Assembly: GCA_963696385.1 (NCBI GenBank)
Contig: CAVOKF010000008.1
Coordinates: 352,001-416,000 of the forward strand
Direction: 5' to 3'
Source: an uncultured delta proteobacterium
GTDB lineage: Bacteria > Myxococcota_A > Polyangia > Polyangiales > Polyangiaceae
Length of the DNA: 64,000 bases
The position numbers and the translations under genes were made by a program. Positions 29,933 to 39,738 of this stretch are shown piece after piece (the first letter of the stretch is position 1; each line of letters opens with the position of its first letter). Under the pieces are notes generated by a model. That model was not told the DNA's origin and made no database searches. It saw nothing but the letters and a program-made list of their open reading frames with translations.

Positions 29933-31369
29933 TCACACTGGAAAGGTCACCGTGACGCGGACTCCTCCGCCACTGCCACTATCGACCGGCGCATCGCCGA
30001 TGTCGAACACCGCGCCCTGGGCAGCGGCTATTTCGGCGGCGATGAAGAGCGACACGCTGCTCGGCCGACCGAACGTCCCGGGCTCGACTTTGAGGCCCAA
30101 CAAGGCGCCCCGCGCGCCGGCGGGAAGCGGAACCCCGGAGTCGTCCACCGTGACGCTCCAACCGAGCTCACCGTCGCGCGGATGGACGTCGACGGCGACG
30201 CGCGTTCCTCGGCGGGAGGCGGCGATGGCGTGAGACACGAGCTCGCGTACGAGCACCGCCGCGGCGCCCGGAGCGACATGCGCCATCCGGTTGGCGGCGG
30301 TTTCGGCCACCGCGTGGCGCACGCACACATCGACGGCCGCCCGCGCGGCGTGCCCTTCGAGCGCGTGCACCTCGCGTCGAACGATTTCCGGCAGGTCGAC
30401 GGGCCGCCGGTCCTCTGCCGGGTCGATTTCACCGACGCCGGCAAGTTCTGCAACGAAGTTCTGCACGGCCGACAGCTTTCGGCGAATCGCCTCGAGCTTC
30501 TCATCCAGGCCCGTACGCGCAACTGTCTCCAGGTCGGGCGAACTCTTCCGGGGAGAGACCGATGACCGAAGATCCGCGACGTCCCTGGCCACGGGAGAGA
30601 GCAACGCGCGCAGTGTGGCCGCCACTCCTCCCGAAAAGCGCGCGATGGCGCTGAACCAATCGGCCATCGGGACTGCTGCCGACGGCGGATAGGACGACGA
30701 CAGAGTTTCATCGCCCACCGTCCACACCGCCGCGAGTTCGCGAGCGTACGTCTCGCCCTGCTTTCGCGCCTCGTCGAGCTCCTTGCGCAAGCGGGCGACG
30801 TCATCGCGTGCCTCGACGCCCTCGGCCGGCAAACCGAGGACCGCCGTGCTGCCTTCGAGCTCGTAACGGCCGCCGTAGCGAATGGCCATTCGCGACAGCC
30901 AGGCGCGCTCGGCGTCGGCGGTCGCCGAACTATCCGGACCGAGCACGACACTGAGCACGACTTCATCTCGCTCGCGACGAAGGGCCACGTCGCTGCCGGT
31001 GCCGCTGCCGTGTCCGAGCACGACGTGAAGCATTCGCCGCAACTCGGCCTCGTCGCCGAACACCTCGGTGCCCCCGCCCGGTTCGATGGAGACGCGCGCT
31101 TCCGGTGCAACCTCCCAAACGAGCGACGCGAGATCGATCCGGCCGCGCCGGCCGCGAGCGTTCATCGGCTGAGAGTGCAGGCTCGACAGCATCTTCATCG
31201 TGTCGTCGAGCGCGGACAGCGTCGCATCGACTCCGCTCGAATCGACACCGGGCGGCGGTGGTGCCTGCGTCAGCGCCGAGACGCCCTTGCGAAGGCGCTC
31301 GGCGGCCCCCCGCGCCTCCTGCGTGAGCAGCCAGCCGAGCTCCTGGCGGGTGAGCCTACCCTTGGACAC
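29933..31369 (-). CDS. Tandem degenerate histidine-kinase-like protein (two HisKA/HATPase-like modules)
   Basis: IDLASLV...VFGDEAELRRML and VDLPEIV...LVRELVSHAI...VDDSG...VTVTFP; H-box positions read LTQEAR and VAATLR. Confidence 0.7.
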   Translation of the reverse strand: MSKGRLTRQELGWLLTQEARGAAERLRKGVSALTQAPPPPGVDSSGVDATLSALDDTMKMLSSLHSQPMNARGRRGRIDLASLVWEVAPEARVSIEPGGGTEVFGDEAELRRMLHVVLGHGSGTGSDVALRRERDEVVLSVVLGPDSSATADAERAWLSRMAIRYGGRYELEGSTAVLGLPAEGVEARDDVARLRKELDEARKQGETYARELAAVWTVGDETLSSSYPPSAAVPMADWFSAIARFSGGVAATLRALLSPVARDVADLRSSVSPRKSSPDLETVARTGLDEKLEAIRRKLSAVQNFVAELAGVGEIDPAEDRRPVDLPEIVRREVHALEGHAARAAVDVCVRHAVAETAANRMAHVAPGAAAVLVRELVSHAIAASRRGTRVAVDVHPRDGELGWSVTVDDSGVPLPAGARGALLGLKVEPGTFGRPSSVSLFIAAEIAAAQGAVFDIGDAPVDSGSGGGVRVTVTFPV

Positions 31370-31416
31370 GCCTAAGAGTGCCAGATGTCCGCTTGCCGGT
31401 CACGCGCGGCGGGGGA

Positions 31417-33233
31417 CTAGCCTTGCGCGGCTTTTTTTCTTCGTGGCGAATGGGTCAATCCGTCGGCCACCACCGCGCCGGTCGTCCACGCACGCTCGGC
31501 GCCGAGCGCCAGCCATGTCAGCAGGATTTTGGCCTTTCCGACGGCCACCGGGATCGGTTTGCGCTCCGGCCAATGGGAAGGAGCGGCAAGAGCGATGGCG
31601 GTTTGACCTTGGATTTCGTCGAGCCCGGCCCCTTCCAGCCGAATCGCCGCGATGCCGGCCGCACTGAAAAGCGCGACGAGCCCGCACGGGATGTAGGGCG
31701 CGAGAACGGCGCGCACCGACGGGGCGATGTCCTGGGCTCGGCACGACATTTCGCGGACTTCGTCGAGAGTCGAGCACACGACGGCCATCGCCGGGCACCC
31801 GCTCGTGCGCGCCTCGTCGATCTGGAACCAACGGGCACACTCGACGAGGTCCAACGTCCGCGCCGTCGTCCATGTGGCCGCGGCTGGCGGGCCGAAGCTT
31901 GCGCCACGCAAGACAACCGGTGGATCGCCGCGATCGACCTTCCTCGCGACGAGCACGTCGTCCGTGGGCAGGGCGCGCGGGACCGTCACGCGCACCGGCC
32001 TCTTGAAGGCGCGCGGATCTCCGAGCTCACCCGTCGCCACGGCGTAGGCAATCGTCTCCGCCGACGCAACCACCGTTTGGCCCCTGCCGGGTATTCGGGG
32101 CTCCGGATCGCAGGTACGAAGAGCGACGCCGGAGGCGGGAGGCGGATACAATTCGCCCGAGAGCACGCGCGGGTCGGGCTCGACCAGGCGCCCGCCGGTC
32201 GCGATGAGATCGGTCAACGCTCCCGCGCCTGCGAGCACCTCGAGCATCTGTCGCGAAGGCGTCGCGATCAGGAAATCGAGGCGCTGGGGAACGCGTTTGC
32301 TCTTGAGGAGCATCGCGACGGCAAACAGATCGCGCAGCGTGACGCCGCTGTCGCCGCCGAGCAGGGCTTGGGCCACCGGCTTGCCGGCGAGATCGCGGAC
32401 CGCGCGCACTTGTCCGTTCGTATCGAGAAGCAAGGGGTCGACCGCCCCGAGGTCGATGTTGACGACCTCCTCGCAAGGGGCACCGGCGTCGGGCACGAGC
32501 GCTCGATAGGCCTTGGAACGTCGCTCGTCACGCAAGAAGACTTCGGTGCGCTCGTCGCTGACGAAGAGACACGCCGCAGCCCCAACCTGCGCGGCCAGTC
32601 CGGCCATGACGCTGCGCTCCGAAACCGAGAGAAGCCGCGCACTCGGACCGCCGAATTCGACGATCACCGGTGCGCTTTGCGCGTCCTCGACGCGGCGCAC
32701 CACGTCGCTCAAGCCACGGCGCAAAAGCTCGAGGGCGACGTCGCGCGCGCAGACGAAAGGCCGCAGTCGCCCCCCAAGCAGCACTTGGATGCTCACCGGA
32801 CGCCGGATGATCACGCGCCCGGTCGCGAGTGCGCGTCCGAGCGAAGCCGTCGGCACGACGAGCGAGAGCATCCCCACGCCTCCGACACCCGCGAGGCGTG
32901 GCTCGTCGGTCAAACACAGGCGGGCCGGGCTTGCAAAGCGCTCCAGGTGGACGGGCGCGGCGAACCCCACGCCGGCCTTGGCGAACAGCAATCCATGCGC
33001 GAGCATTTCTCCGGCCGCCGATCGGACGTCGTCATCACCGTCGCTCGGCGTCATGCATCGGCCGTCGTAGGCAATGGCCACTTCGGCGCGCGTCTTCTTC
33101 AGGCCCGCCGCGAGTCCATCGGCATACGCACGAACGGGCGAGCGCGCCAGCACGATCTGGTCCACCTGAACCTCGATCGAGTCGCCCGAAAGCGCGGCCT
33201 CGCCCGATCGCGCGGCGAGGATTTTTGGGCCAT
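31417..33233 (-). CDS. Aconitase-family homologue lacking Fe-S ligands and catalytic residues; 1-nt frameshift near 33224
   Basis: VHLERF, GRLRPFVCARDVALELLRR, LSVSERS, FVSDE, IDLGAVDP, ASAETIAYAVATGELGDPR; adding one A restores MAQKILAARSG...IEVQVDQ. Confidence 0.8.
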
Positions 33234-33356
33234 GGTGCGGGGTGGATCCCCGGCTCGTGCGCGCATGGTCGGATGGCTCTCGCCCACGGGGGCGCGGAGC
33301 GCGGCAAGGTAAACCGTCCGAGCTTTGTTGTCACGCGCCCGGGCGGCTGCCCCCCG

Positions 33357-33481
33357 TCCCGGCGCGTCCCGGCGGCGGTCCCGGCGCGCCCGGCGCGCCC
33401 GGCGCGAAGACGGCCGGCAACGGCGAACCGCGACGGCCGGCAACGGCGAACCGCGACGGCCGGCAACGGCGAACCGCGACG
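33357..33481. repeat. Tandem repeats: about 5 x CCCGGCGCG-like units, then 3 x 23-bp GACGGCCGGCAACGGCGAACCGC
   Basis: Exact 23-bp units at 33409, 33432 and 33455 with no spacers. Confidence 0.9.
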
Positions 33482-33523
33482 CATGGACACGCCGCTCTTG
33501 GCCGCGCTACTCTCGGGGAAATC

Positions 33524-33883
33524 ATGTTCCGCGATACGCTCCGCGATATCGTCGACGAGACCGAGGGCGGCGTCGCCGGCCTGGTCATGGATTCCGAGGG
33601 GATTGCGCTCGAAACGTACGCTCGCGACGGCGCTCCGTTCGATATCACGACGATCGGCATCGAGTTCGGAGTCGTCCTCGGATCCATCAAGCGGGCCGCC
33701 GACTCGCTCGACGCGGGCAGGACGCACGAAGTCGCCATCGCGACCGACAAGATGATTGCGCTCATTCGCACGCTCGGCGACACCTACTTTCTCGCGGTCG
33801 CGATGCGCCCGGACGGCAACATCGGCAAGGGACGCTTTTTGATGCGGACCGCCGTCCCCAAGCTCGTAGGCGAGCTCGGGTGA
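33524..33883 (+). CDS. mglC: Roadblock/LC7 protein, MglC-like (MglB paralogue)
   Basis: FRDTLRDIV...VMDSEGI...YFLAVAMRPDGNIGKGRFLMR resembles myxobacterial MglC as I recall it; upstream of aroQ-accBC. Confidence 0.7.
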   Translation: MFRDTLRDIVDETEGGVAGLVMDSEGIALETYARDGAPFDITTIGIEFGVVLGSIKRAADSLDAGRTHEVAIATDKMIALIRTLGDTYFLAVAMRPDGNIGKGRFLMRTAVPKLVGELG

Positions 33884-34386
33884 GTCCGCGTCCGAGCGAC
33901 GAACCCGCCGGCGCCGCGACGCGCATCATTTGCATCTCAGGCCCCAACCTTCAGTTGCTCGGAACGCGCGAGCCGGACGTGTACGGTCGAGAGTCGCTCG
34001 CCGAGATCCATTCGCGGCTCGCGGCCCGTGCTCGCGCGATCGGTGTCGAGATCGACGCGAGGCAGACCAATCACGAGGGCACGATCGTCGATTGGATCGG
34101 CGACGCGGCGAAGCAAGGTTTTGCCGGCATTCTGATCAACCCCGGAGCGTATACGCACACGTCGATCGCGACCCTGGACGCGATCCGCGCCAGCGGACTG
34201 CCTTGCATCGAGGTCCATCTGTCCAATCCCGATGCACGCGAAGCATTTCGCCGCCGGTCCTGGATCGCTCGCGCAGCCGTCGGGCGAGTCGCCGGATTCG
34301 GAGGGGACAGCTACGAGCTCGCCCTCGAGGGGCTCGCGCGTCTGCTCGCACGACGCAAGACGTCGGGCGGCGATGCGCCGCGCTGA
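33880..34386 (+). CDS. aroQ: Type II 3-dehydroquinate dehydratase
   Basis: GPNLQLLGTREPDVYG, NHEG, INPGAYTHTS, EVHLSN..REAFR. Confidence 0.95.
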   Translation: MSPRPSDEPAGAATRIICISGPNLQLLGTREPDVYGRESLAEIHSRLAARARAIGVEIDARQTNHEGTIVDWIGDAAKQGFAGILINPGAYTHTSIATLDAIRASGLPCIEVHLSNPDAREAFRRRSWIARAAVGRVAGFGGDSYELALEGLARLLARRKTSGGDAPR

Positions 34387-34510
34387 GGGGCGCTCTACCA
34401 AGGGACCCATCGCGCCGACGGATACAGGGCCAAAGCCGGGTATGAGCGCGGGCGTAAGCCGCTTCCCAGCGAGGGGGCTTCCGGCCTAAGGTGCCGGAGG
34501 CCGAGAAGAC

Positions 34511-34972
34511 ATGAGTTTCGATCTGGATCAGTTGAGTGCACTTTTCGATCTTCTGACCGCCAAGGACATCGCCGAGTTCGAGCACGAGGAAGGCGGCGTC
34601 CGCATTCGCGTCGCACGCGCGACCAGCACGGACCCCACCGGCGCGCTTGCCGCGACGGCTTCGATTCCACACGCGCCGTCTTCCTCCTTGCGTCTCGCCA
34701 AGGAGGACTCGGATGACGCGGCGGGCGGCGATTGGGTCGACGTGACGAGCCCGTTCGTGGGCAGCTTCTACCGAGCGCCTTCACCGGATACACCCCCGTT
34801 CGTCGAGGTCGGGTCGGTCGTGCGTCCGGGCCAAACCCTTTGCATCATCGAAGCGATGAAGCTGATGAACGAAATCGAGTCGGAATGCGCCGGGACCGTC
34901 ACGGAGGTATTTGCGCAAAACGGCAAGAGTGTGGAGTACGGACAGAAGCTCTTTCGCATCAAGAAAGCTTGA
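34511..34972 (+). CDS. accB: Acetyl-CoA carboxylase biotin carboxyl carrier protein
   Basis: SPFVGSFYRAPSP, IIEAMKLMNEI. Confidence 0.96.
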   Translation: MSFDLDQLSALFDLLTAKDIAEFEHEEGGVRIRVARATSTDPTGALAATASIPHAPSSSLRLAKEDSDDAAGGDWVDVTSPFVGSFYRAPSPDTPPFVEVGSVVRPGQTLCIIEAMKLMNEIESECAGTVTEVFAQNGKSVEYGQKLFRIKKA

Positions 34973-35065
34973 AGGATCAGGGCGTTCGCACGGGTCCCGA
35001 GCCTTGCTCCCTCGCTCCGACGCGAGTCATGCCCCAAGGGCCCCCGACCCACCCCACGTGCGACC

Positions 35066-36412
35066 ATGTTCAAAAAGGTCCTGATTGCGAACCGAGGCGA
35101 AATCGCGCTGCGCGTCCTGCGGGCCTGCCGCGAGCTCGGCGTCAAGACCGTAGCGGTGCATTCCGAGGTCGACGCGCGCGCGCTGCACGTGCGCTTCGCC
35201 GACGAGGCGGTCTGCATCGGTCCCGCACCCGCCATCAAGAGCTATCTCAACGTCCCGGCCATCATCAGCGCGGCGGAAATCACCGCCGCCGACGCCATCC
35301 ACCCCGGCTACGGGTTCCTCTCCGAGAACGCCGAATTTGCCCGCATCTGCGACAAATGCGGCATCACCTTCATCGGGCCCACCCCGGAGGCCATGCGGGT
35401 GTGGGGCGACAAGGTGACGGCCCGCGCGAGCGCCGAGAAGTTCGGGCTGCCCCTCTTGCCGGGCAGCGGCGTGCTCGAAAGCGCCGATCACGCCGTGCGC
35501 GAGGCACGGCGCATCGGCTATCCGGTCATCCTCAAAGCGAGCGGCGGCGGGGGCGGACGCGGGATGCGCATCGTGCGCGGGGATCTCGAAGTCCCCGACG
35601 CGTTCGGCAGCGCCCAGCGCGAAGCCGAAACGGGCTTCAAGAACCCCGACGTGTACTGCGAGAAATTCGTCGAGCGACCTCGCCACATCGAGTTTCAAGT
35701 CCTGGCCGACAACCACGCGGGCGTGTGGACGCTCGGGGAACGCGAATGCTCGCTGCAGAGGCGCCACCAGAAACTCATCGAAGAGGCTCCCAGCCCAGCC
35801 ATGACGGCCGAGATGCGCCAGGCCATGGCCGAGGTCATCCGCAAGGCCGTGAAAGAGACCGGCTACACGTCGCTCGGCACGTTCGAGTTTCTCATGGATG
35901 AGCAACGCAGTTTGTATTTTCTGGAGATGAACACGCGCGTGCAAGTCGAGCACCCCGTCACCGAGATGGTCACCGGGCAGGACCTCGTGATGCTCCAGAT
36001 CCGAGCGGCCGCCGGAGACAAGCTCGACCTACCGGACACCCGGCCTTGGAGCTTCCGGGGACATGCTATCGAGTGCCGAATCAATGCGGAGGACCCGAAG
36101 ACGTTTGCGCCCTGGCCGGGGCTCATCACCGAATGGAATCCTCCAGGTGGAGCCGGCGTTCGCGTCGACTCGGGTGTCTACGGGGGCTGGCGAGTGCCTT
36201 CCGACTACGATTCGCTGCTCGCCAAGCTCATCGTGCATGCCGCCACGCGGCATGACGCGATCCGGCGCATGCGCGGAGCACTCGACGAGTTCATCGTCGC
36301 CGGGATCCGCACCAACGTCGATCTCCATAAAGCGCTTCTCGCCGACCGCGACGTCGTCGAAGGCACGATGACCACACGAACGGTGGAGCGCGTGACCGGC
36401 AGGAGCCATTAG
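35066..36412 (+). CDS. accC: Biotin carboxylase
   Basis: [50 protein letters not shown]. Confidence 0.97.
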   Translation: MFKKVLIANRGEIALRVLRACRELGVKTVAVHSEVDARALHVRFADEAVCIGPAPAIKSYLNVPAIISAAEITAADAIHPGYGFLSENAEFARICDKCGITFIGPTPEAMRVWGDKVTARASAEKFGLPLLPGSGVLESADHAVREARRIGYPVILKASGGGGGRGMRIVRGDLEVPDAFGSAQREAETGFKNPDVYCEKFVERPRHIEFQVLADNHAGVWTLGERECSLQRRHQKLIEEAPSPAMTAEMRQAMAEVIRKAVKETGYTSLGTFEFLMDEQRSLYFLEMNTRVQVEHPVTEMVTGQDLVMLQIRAAAGDKLDLPDTRPWSFRGHAIECRINAEDPKTFAPWPGLITEWNPPGGAGVRVDSGVYGGWRVPSDYDSLLAKLIVHAATRHDAIRRMRGALDEFIVAGIRTNVDLHKALLADRDVVEGTMTTRTVERVTGRSH

Positions 36413-36446
36413 GCTGAAGTTTCCGCCTCGGACTTCAGCGATTTTG
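36413..36446 (+). terminator. Possible intrinsic terminator after accC
   Basis: Stem GCTGAAGT...ACTTCAGC followed by GATTTT. Confidence 0.4.
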
Positions 36447-36478
36447 GTTCAGCAATTTCCAGATTAGGAGAACGGGTC

Positions 36479-37063
36479 TTGAGCTCACCCCCTACCCACC
36501 TTGCAGCCGGCACCGGCGTTCGGACGCTATCGGCCTTGCTGTTCCTTTTTGGGTCGGGGTGCGGCCAGTCCACGACCCTGCCCTACACGCCGTATTCGGG
36601 CGTCGAGATACCGTCCTCGGACGTCGTCGCCGGCGTCGGATGCGGAGCGGCACCCGGCCAGGTGTTCGGATACGCAGCCGTTCTTGGCGATCCGAGCGAC
36701 GCGTCGTCGCCGAGTCTCACTCCGCTTCCGGACGGCGCCCCACCGGTCTACGCGAGCGTATTCTCGTGTTTCACGGACGGGGCTTTTTCGGGCGTCTCGA
36801 CCTCTCCCGGGGGCGGTGCCACCGTCGAACTTTGGATCTACGCCTACGACGAAGCCAAGTTCGAAGCGGCGCAGGCGACGGTGGCGGATTTCAACTGCGG
36901 CAACCCGACCTGCCCGCTGTCGGTCGATGCCGGGATCCCATGGGTATTGCACGCGCCCAGCACGTACGTGACCACCTGCACGGCCACTCTGGAATCGGGC
37001 GACCACGTGTTGCCCGTGTGCAATCCGCTCGAGCCGTGGCCCGACGCCGGCCGCGACGAGTGA
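36479..37063 (+). CDS. Cys-rich hypothetical lipoprotein
   Basis: Lipobox FGSGC; AGGAG RBS before a TTG start; paired Cys residues. Confidence 0.65.
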   Translation: MSSPPTHLAAGTGVRTLSALLFLFGSGCGQSTTLPYTPYSGVEIPSSDVVAGVGCGAAPGQVFGYAAVLGDPSDASSPSLTPLPDGAPPVYASVFSCFTDGAFSGVSTSPGGGATVELWIYAYDEAKFEAAQATVADFNCGNPTCPLSVDAGIPWVLHAPSTYVTTCTATLESGDHVLPVCNPLEPWPDAGRDE

Positions 37064-37118
37064 ACGTCGCGTCCACCGGGCTGGCACCGTCTTGGGCACC
37101 CCACTAAAGTACCCAAGC

Positions 37119-37958
37119 ATGGACGGCCCGCGGGCGATTTCGTTCACGTTCCCGAGGCCCGGCCGGGCCCTGTGGATCGTGCTCGGCGCGATGACCGCCT
37201 TGGGCCTTTTTAGCGCGATCCTCGCGACGTGGGCGCCGGACGCGAGCATCGTCTTCGACTGGCTTGGCTGCGAGCCGAGCCGCGCCTTCACCCAGCCGTG
37301 GCGACTGGTGACGTCGGGCCTGTTGACGAGCCCCGCTCACTTCAGCCATCTGCTTTTTTCGCTCGTCGGTCTGTATTTTTTGGGGGCCCCACTGGAGCGG
37401 CGGTTCCGCGGGTGGCGCTTCGCGCGCTTCTTGGCCGTCTCGGTCGTGATGGGAAACCTCGCCACGATTGCGGTCGACAAGATCGTCCCGGAGTATGGCC
37501 AGGCGCGCTTCCACCCGGACTTCGTCTATGGACCGGCGGCCGCCATCGCCGCGGTCGCCGTGGCATGGTCGCGCGAGTACCCCGATTCGACCGTCAATCT
37601 TTTTTTCTTCGTCCCGATGCAGGGCAAGATTCTTTTGTGGATCACGATCGGGTTCTGCGTGCTCGACCTCGTCTACCCGAGTGCGATGCCGGAAGGCGTC
37701 GTCGCCCCGTTCGGGGGCGTTTTGGCGGGCTTGCTTTTCGCCGGCACCCCGCCGCTCAGCCGAACCGCGTGGCTGCACCTGCGGCTCGCGCTGCTGCGGC
37801 GACGCGCCGGCGGAAATCTCCGATCCCAGGACGTGCTCTCTCCCATGCCCCCGCGGCGTCCTCGTCCGGGAGGCCCTCCGCTCCGGGTGGTGTCGGGAGG
37901 TCTCGATGACGTGCTGAAAAAGCGAAACCCGCCGAAGGACAAGCGCTACTTGAACTGA
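37119..37958 (+). CDS. Rhomboid-family membrane protein lacking the catalytic Ser/His
   Basis: QPWRLVT, HLLFS, LGAPLE; YGPAA at the GxSG position and VAPFGG at the AHLGG position. Confidence 0.8.
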   Translation: MDGPRAISFTFPRPGRALWIVLGAMTALGLFSAILATWAPDASIVFDWLGCEPSRAFTQPWRLVTSGLLTSPAHFSHLLFSLVGLYFLGAPLERRFRGWRFARFLAVSVVMGNLATIAVDKIVPEYGQARFHPDFVYGPAAAIAAVAVAWSREYPDSTVNLFFFVPMQGKILLWITIGFCVLDLVYPSAMPEGVVAPFGGVLAGLLFAGTPPLSRTAWLHLRLALLRRRAGGNLRSQDVLSPMPPRRPRPGGPPLRVVSGGLDDVLKKRNPPKDKRYLN

Positions 37959-37970
37959 ACGTTCTCGCCG

Positions 37971-38915
37971 ATGTGGAGCCATCGTCACCTATTGGGCATC
38001 GCGCACCTGTCGCGCCAAGACATTGTGACGTTGCTCGACTCCGCGGAGCGCTGGTTTGCCATCTCTCGCGACGAGGCCAAAACCTCGCGGGTGCTCCACG
38101 GCAGGACCATCGTCAATCTATTCTACGAGTCCTCCACCCGCACCCGCACCTCGTTCGAGGTGGCGGGCAAACGCCTCGGCGCCGATGTGGTGAACGTCAG
38201 TCCCCAGACGTCCAGCGTGACGAAAGGGGAAACGCTTCTCGATACGCTCCGCAACCTCGAGTCCTTGCGAGCCGACGCGATCGTGCTCCGCCATGCGAGT
38301 TCGGGGGCGGCCGAGTTCGTATCGGGCCATACGCGCACCTCCATCGTCAATGCAGGCGACGGTGCCCACGAGCATCCGACACAAGCGTTGCTCGATGCGT
38401 TCACGATCCGTCGCCGCCGGGGCGCGATCGAAGGCGTCGTGGTCGCCATCTGCGGCGACATTCTGCATTCGCGCGTGGCGCGATCGAACGCGCTTTTGCT
38501 CGGGCTGCTCGGAGCGGAGGTGCGTCTGTGCGGACCCCGGACGCTCCTTCCACGCGAGGCCGAGGTTCTCGGGCCGACCGTCCGGGTCTTCGGCAACATC
38601 GACGCCGCGGTCGCAGGGGCCGACGCCGTCATGATGCTGCGGATTCAGACCGAACGTCTGAGCGGAGCGATGATTGCGAGCACGCGTGAATATGCGCGGA
38701 CCTTCGGCTTGAGTCCGCGCGTGCTGGCCCTGGCCAAGACCGGTGCGCTCGTCATGCACCCCGGGCCCATCAACCGAGGCGTCGAGATCGATCCATCGGT
38801 CGCGGACGGCCCGCAAAGCGTCATCTTGGAGCAGGTGGAGGCCGGGGTGGCGATGCGGATGGCGGTGCTCGACCACGTGATCGCGGCGGGCGACGCCGAG
38901 CGCGCCCACCCATGA
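37971..38915 (+). CDS. pyrB: Aspartate carbamoyltransferase catalytic subunit
   Basis: [52 protein letters not shown]. Confidence 0.96.
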   Translation: MWSHRHLLGIAHLSRQDIVTLLDSAERWFAISRDEAKTSRVLHGRTIVNLFYESSTRTRTSFEVAGKRLGADVVNVSPQTSSVTKGETLLDTLRNLESLRADAIVLRHASSGAAEFVSGHTRTSIVNAGDGAHEHPTQALLDAFTIRRRRGAIEGVVVAICGDILHSRVARSNALLLGLLGAEVRLCGPRTLLPREAEVLGPTVRVFGNIDAAVAGADAVMMLRIQTERLSGAMIASTREYARTFGLSPRVLALAKTGALVMHPGPINRGVEIDPSVADGPQSVILEQVEAGVAMRMAVLDHVIAAGDAERAHP

Positions 38916-39730
38916 TGCGGGCGGACGCACCTCTCGGCGTCTTCGACTCGGGTCTCGGCGGCTTGACGGTCGTGCGGGCTCTTCGCGCGGCTCTTCCCAA
39001 CGAGCGCATCGTGTATCTCGGTGACACGGCGCGGGTGCCTTACGGCACGAAGGGCGCCAACACCGTCGTCAAGTATGCCCTAACCTGTGCTCGATACCTG
39101 GTCGGGGAAAACGTCAAGGCCCTCGTCATCGCATGCAACACGGTGAGCGCCGTCGCTCCCGAACGGCTTCGTATCGAACTGGACGTTCCGGTGCTCGGGG
39201 TCGTCGAGCCCGGCGCGCGTGCGGCGCTGGCCGCCACGAAAACCGGCCGCATCGGCGTGCTCGCAACGGCAGGCACCATCGGGTCTCATGCGTATCCCCG
39301 GGCCGTGGCGCAACTGTCGACACGGGCCGAGGTCGTGGGTCAGGCCGCGCCGCTCTTGGTCCCCCTGGCCGAGGAGGGCTGGGTCGAAGGCGAGGTCCCG
39401 CGCCTGGTCGTTCGCCGTTACCTCGAGCCGCTCGCGTCCGCCGAAGTCGACGTCGTCGTCTTGGGGTGCACCCACTATCCTATCCTGCGACCGCTCATCG
39501 AGAGCGAGGTGCACGATCTCGTCGGCCACGACGTCGCGGTGGTCGACAGCGCGCACGCCACGGCGAACGACGTGCGACAGTTTCTCTTGGCGAGGGAGCT
39601 CACCAACCCCCGTCCCTGTTCGGCATCGCCCGTGCGACTGATCGTGACCGACCTTCCGCGCACGTTCAGAGAGGTCGCGTCGCGCTTTCTGGGCGACGAC
39701 GTCGGCGAGGTCGAGCAAGTCGATCTGTAG
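38912..39730 (+). CDS. murI: Glutamate racemase
   Basis: [27 protein letters not shown]. Confidence 0.96.
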   Translation: MMRADAPLGVFDSGLGGLTVVRALRAALPNERIVYLGDTARVPYGTKGANTVVKYALTCARYLVGENVKALVIACNTVSAVAPERLRIELDVPVLGVVEPGARAALAATKTGRIGVLATAGTIGSHAYPRAVAQLSTRAEVVGQAAPLLVPLAEEGWVEGEVPRLVVRRYLEPLASAEVDVVVLGCTHYPILRPLIESEVHDLVGHDVAVVDSAHATANDVRQFLLARELTNPRPCSASPVRLIVTDLPRTFREVASRFLGDDVGEVEQVDL

Positions 39731-39738
39731 CGGACCGA

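Noticed and set aside
33409..33481. 23-bp repeats as a CRISPR array
   Set aside because: The units are contiguous with no spacers, and there are no cas genes in the window
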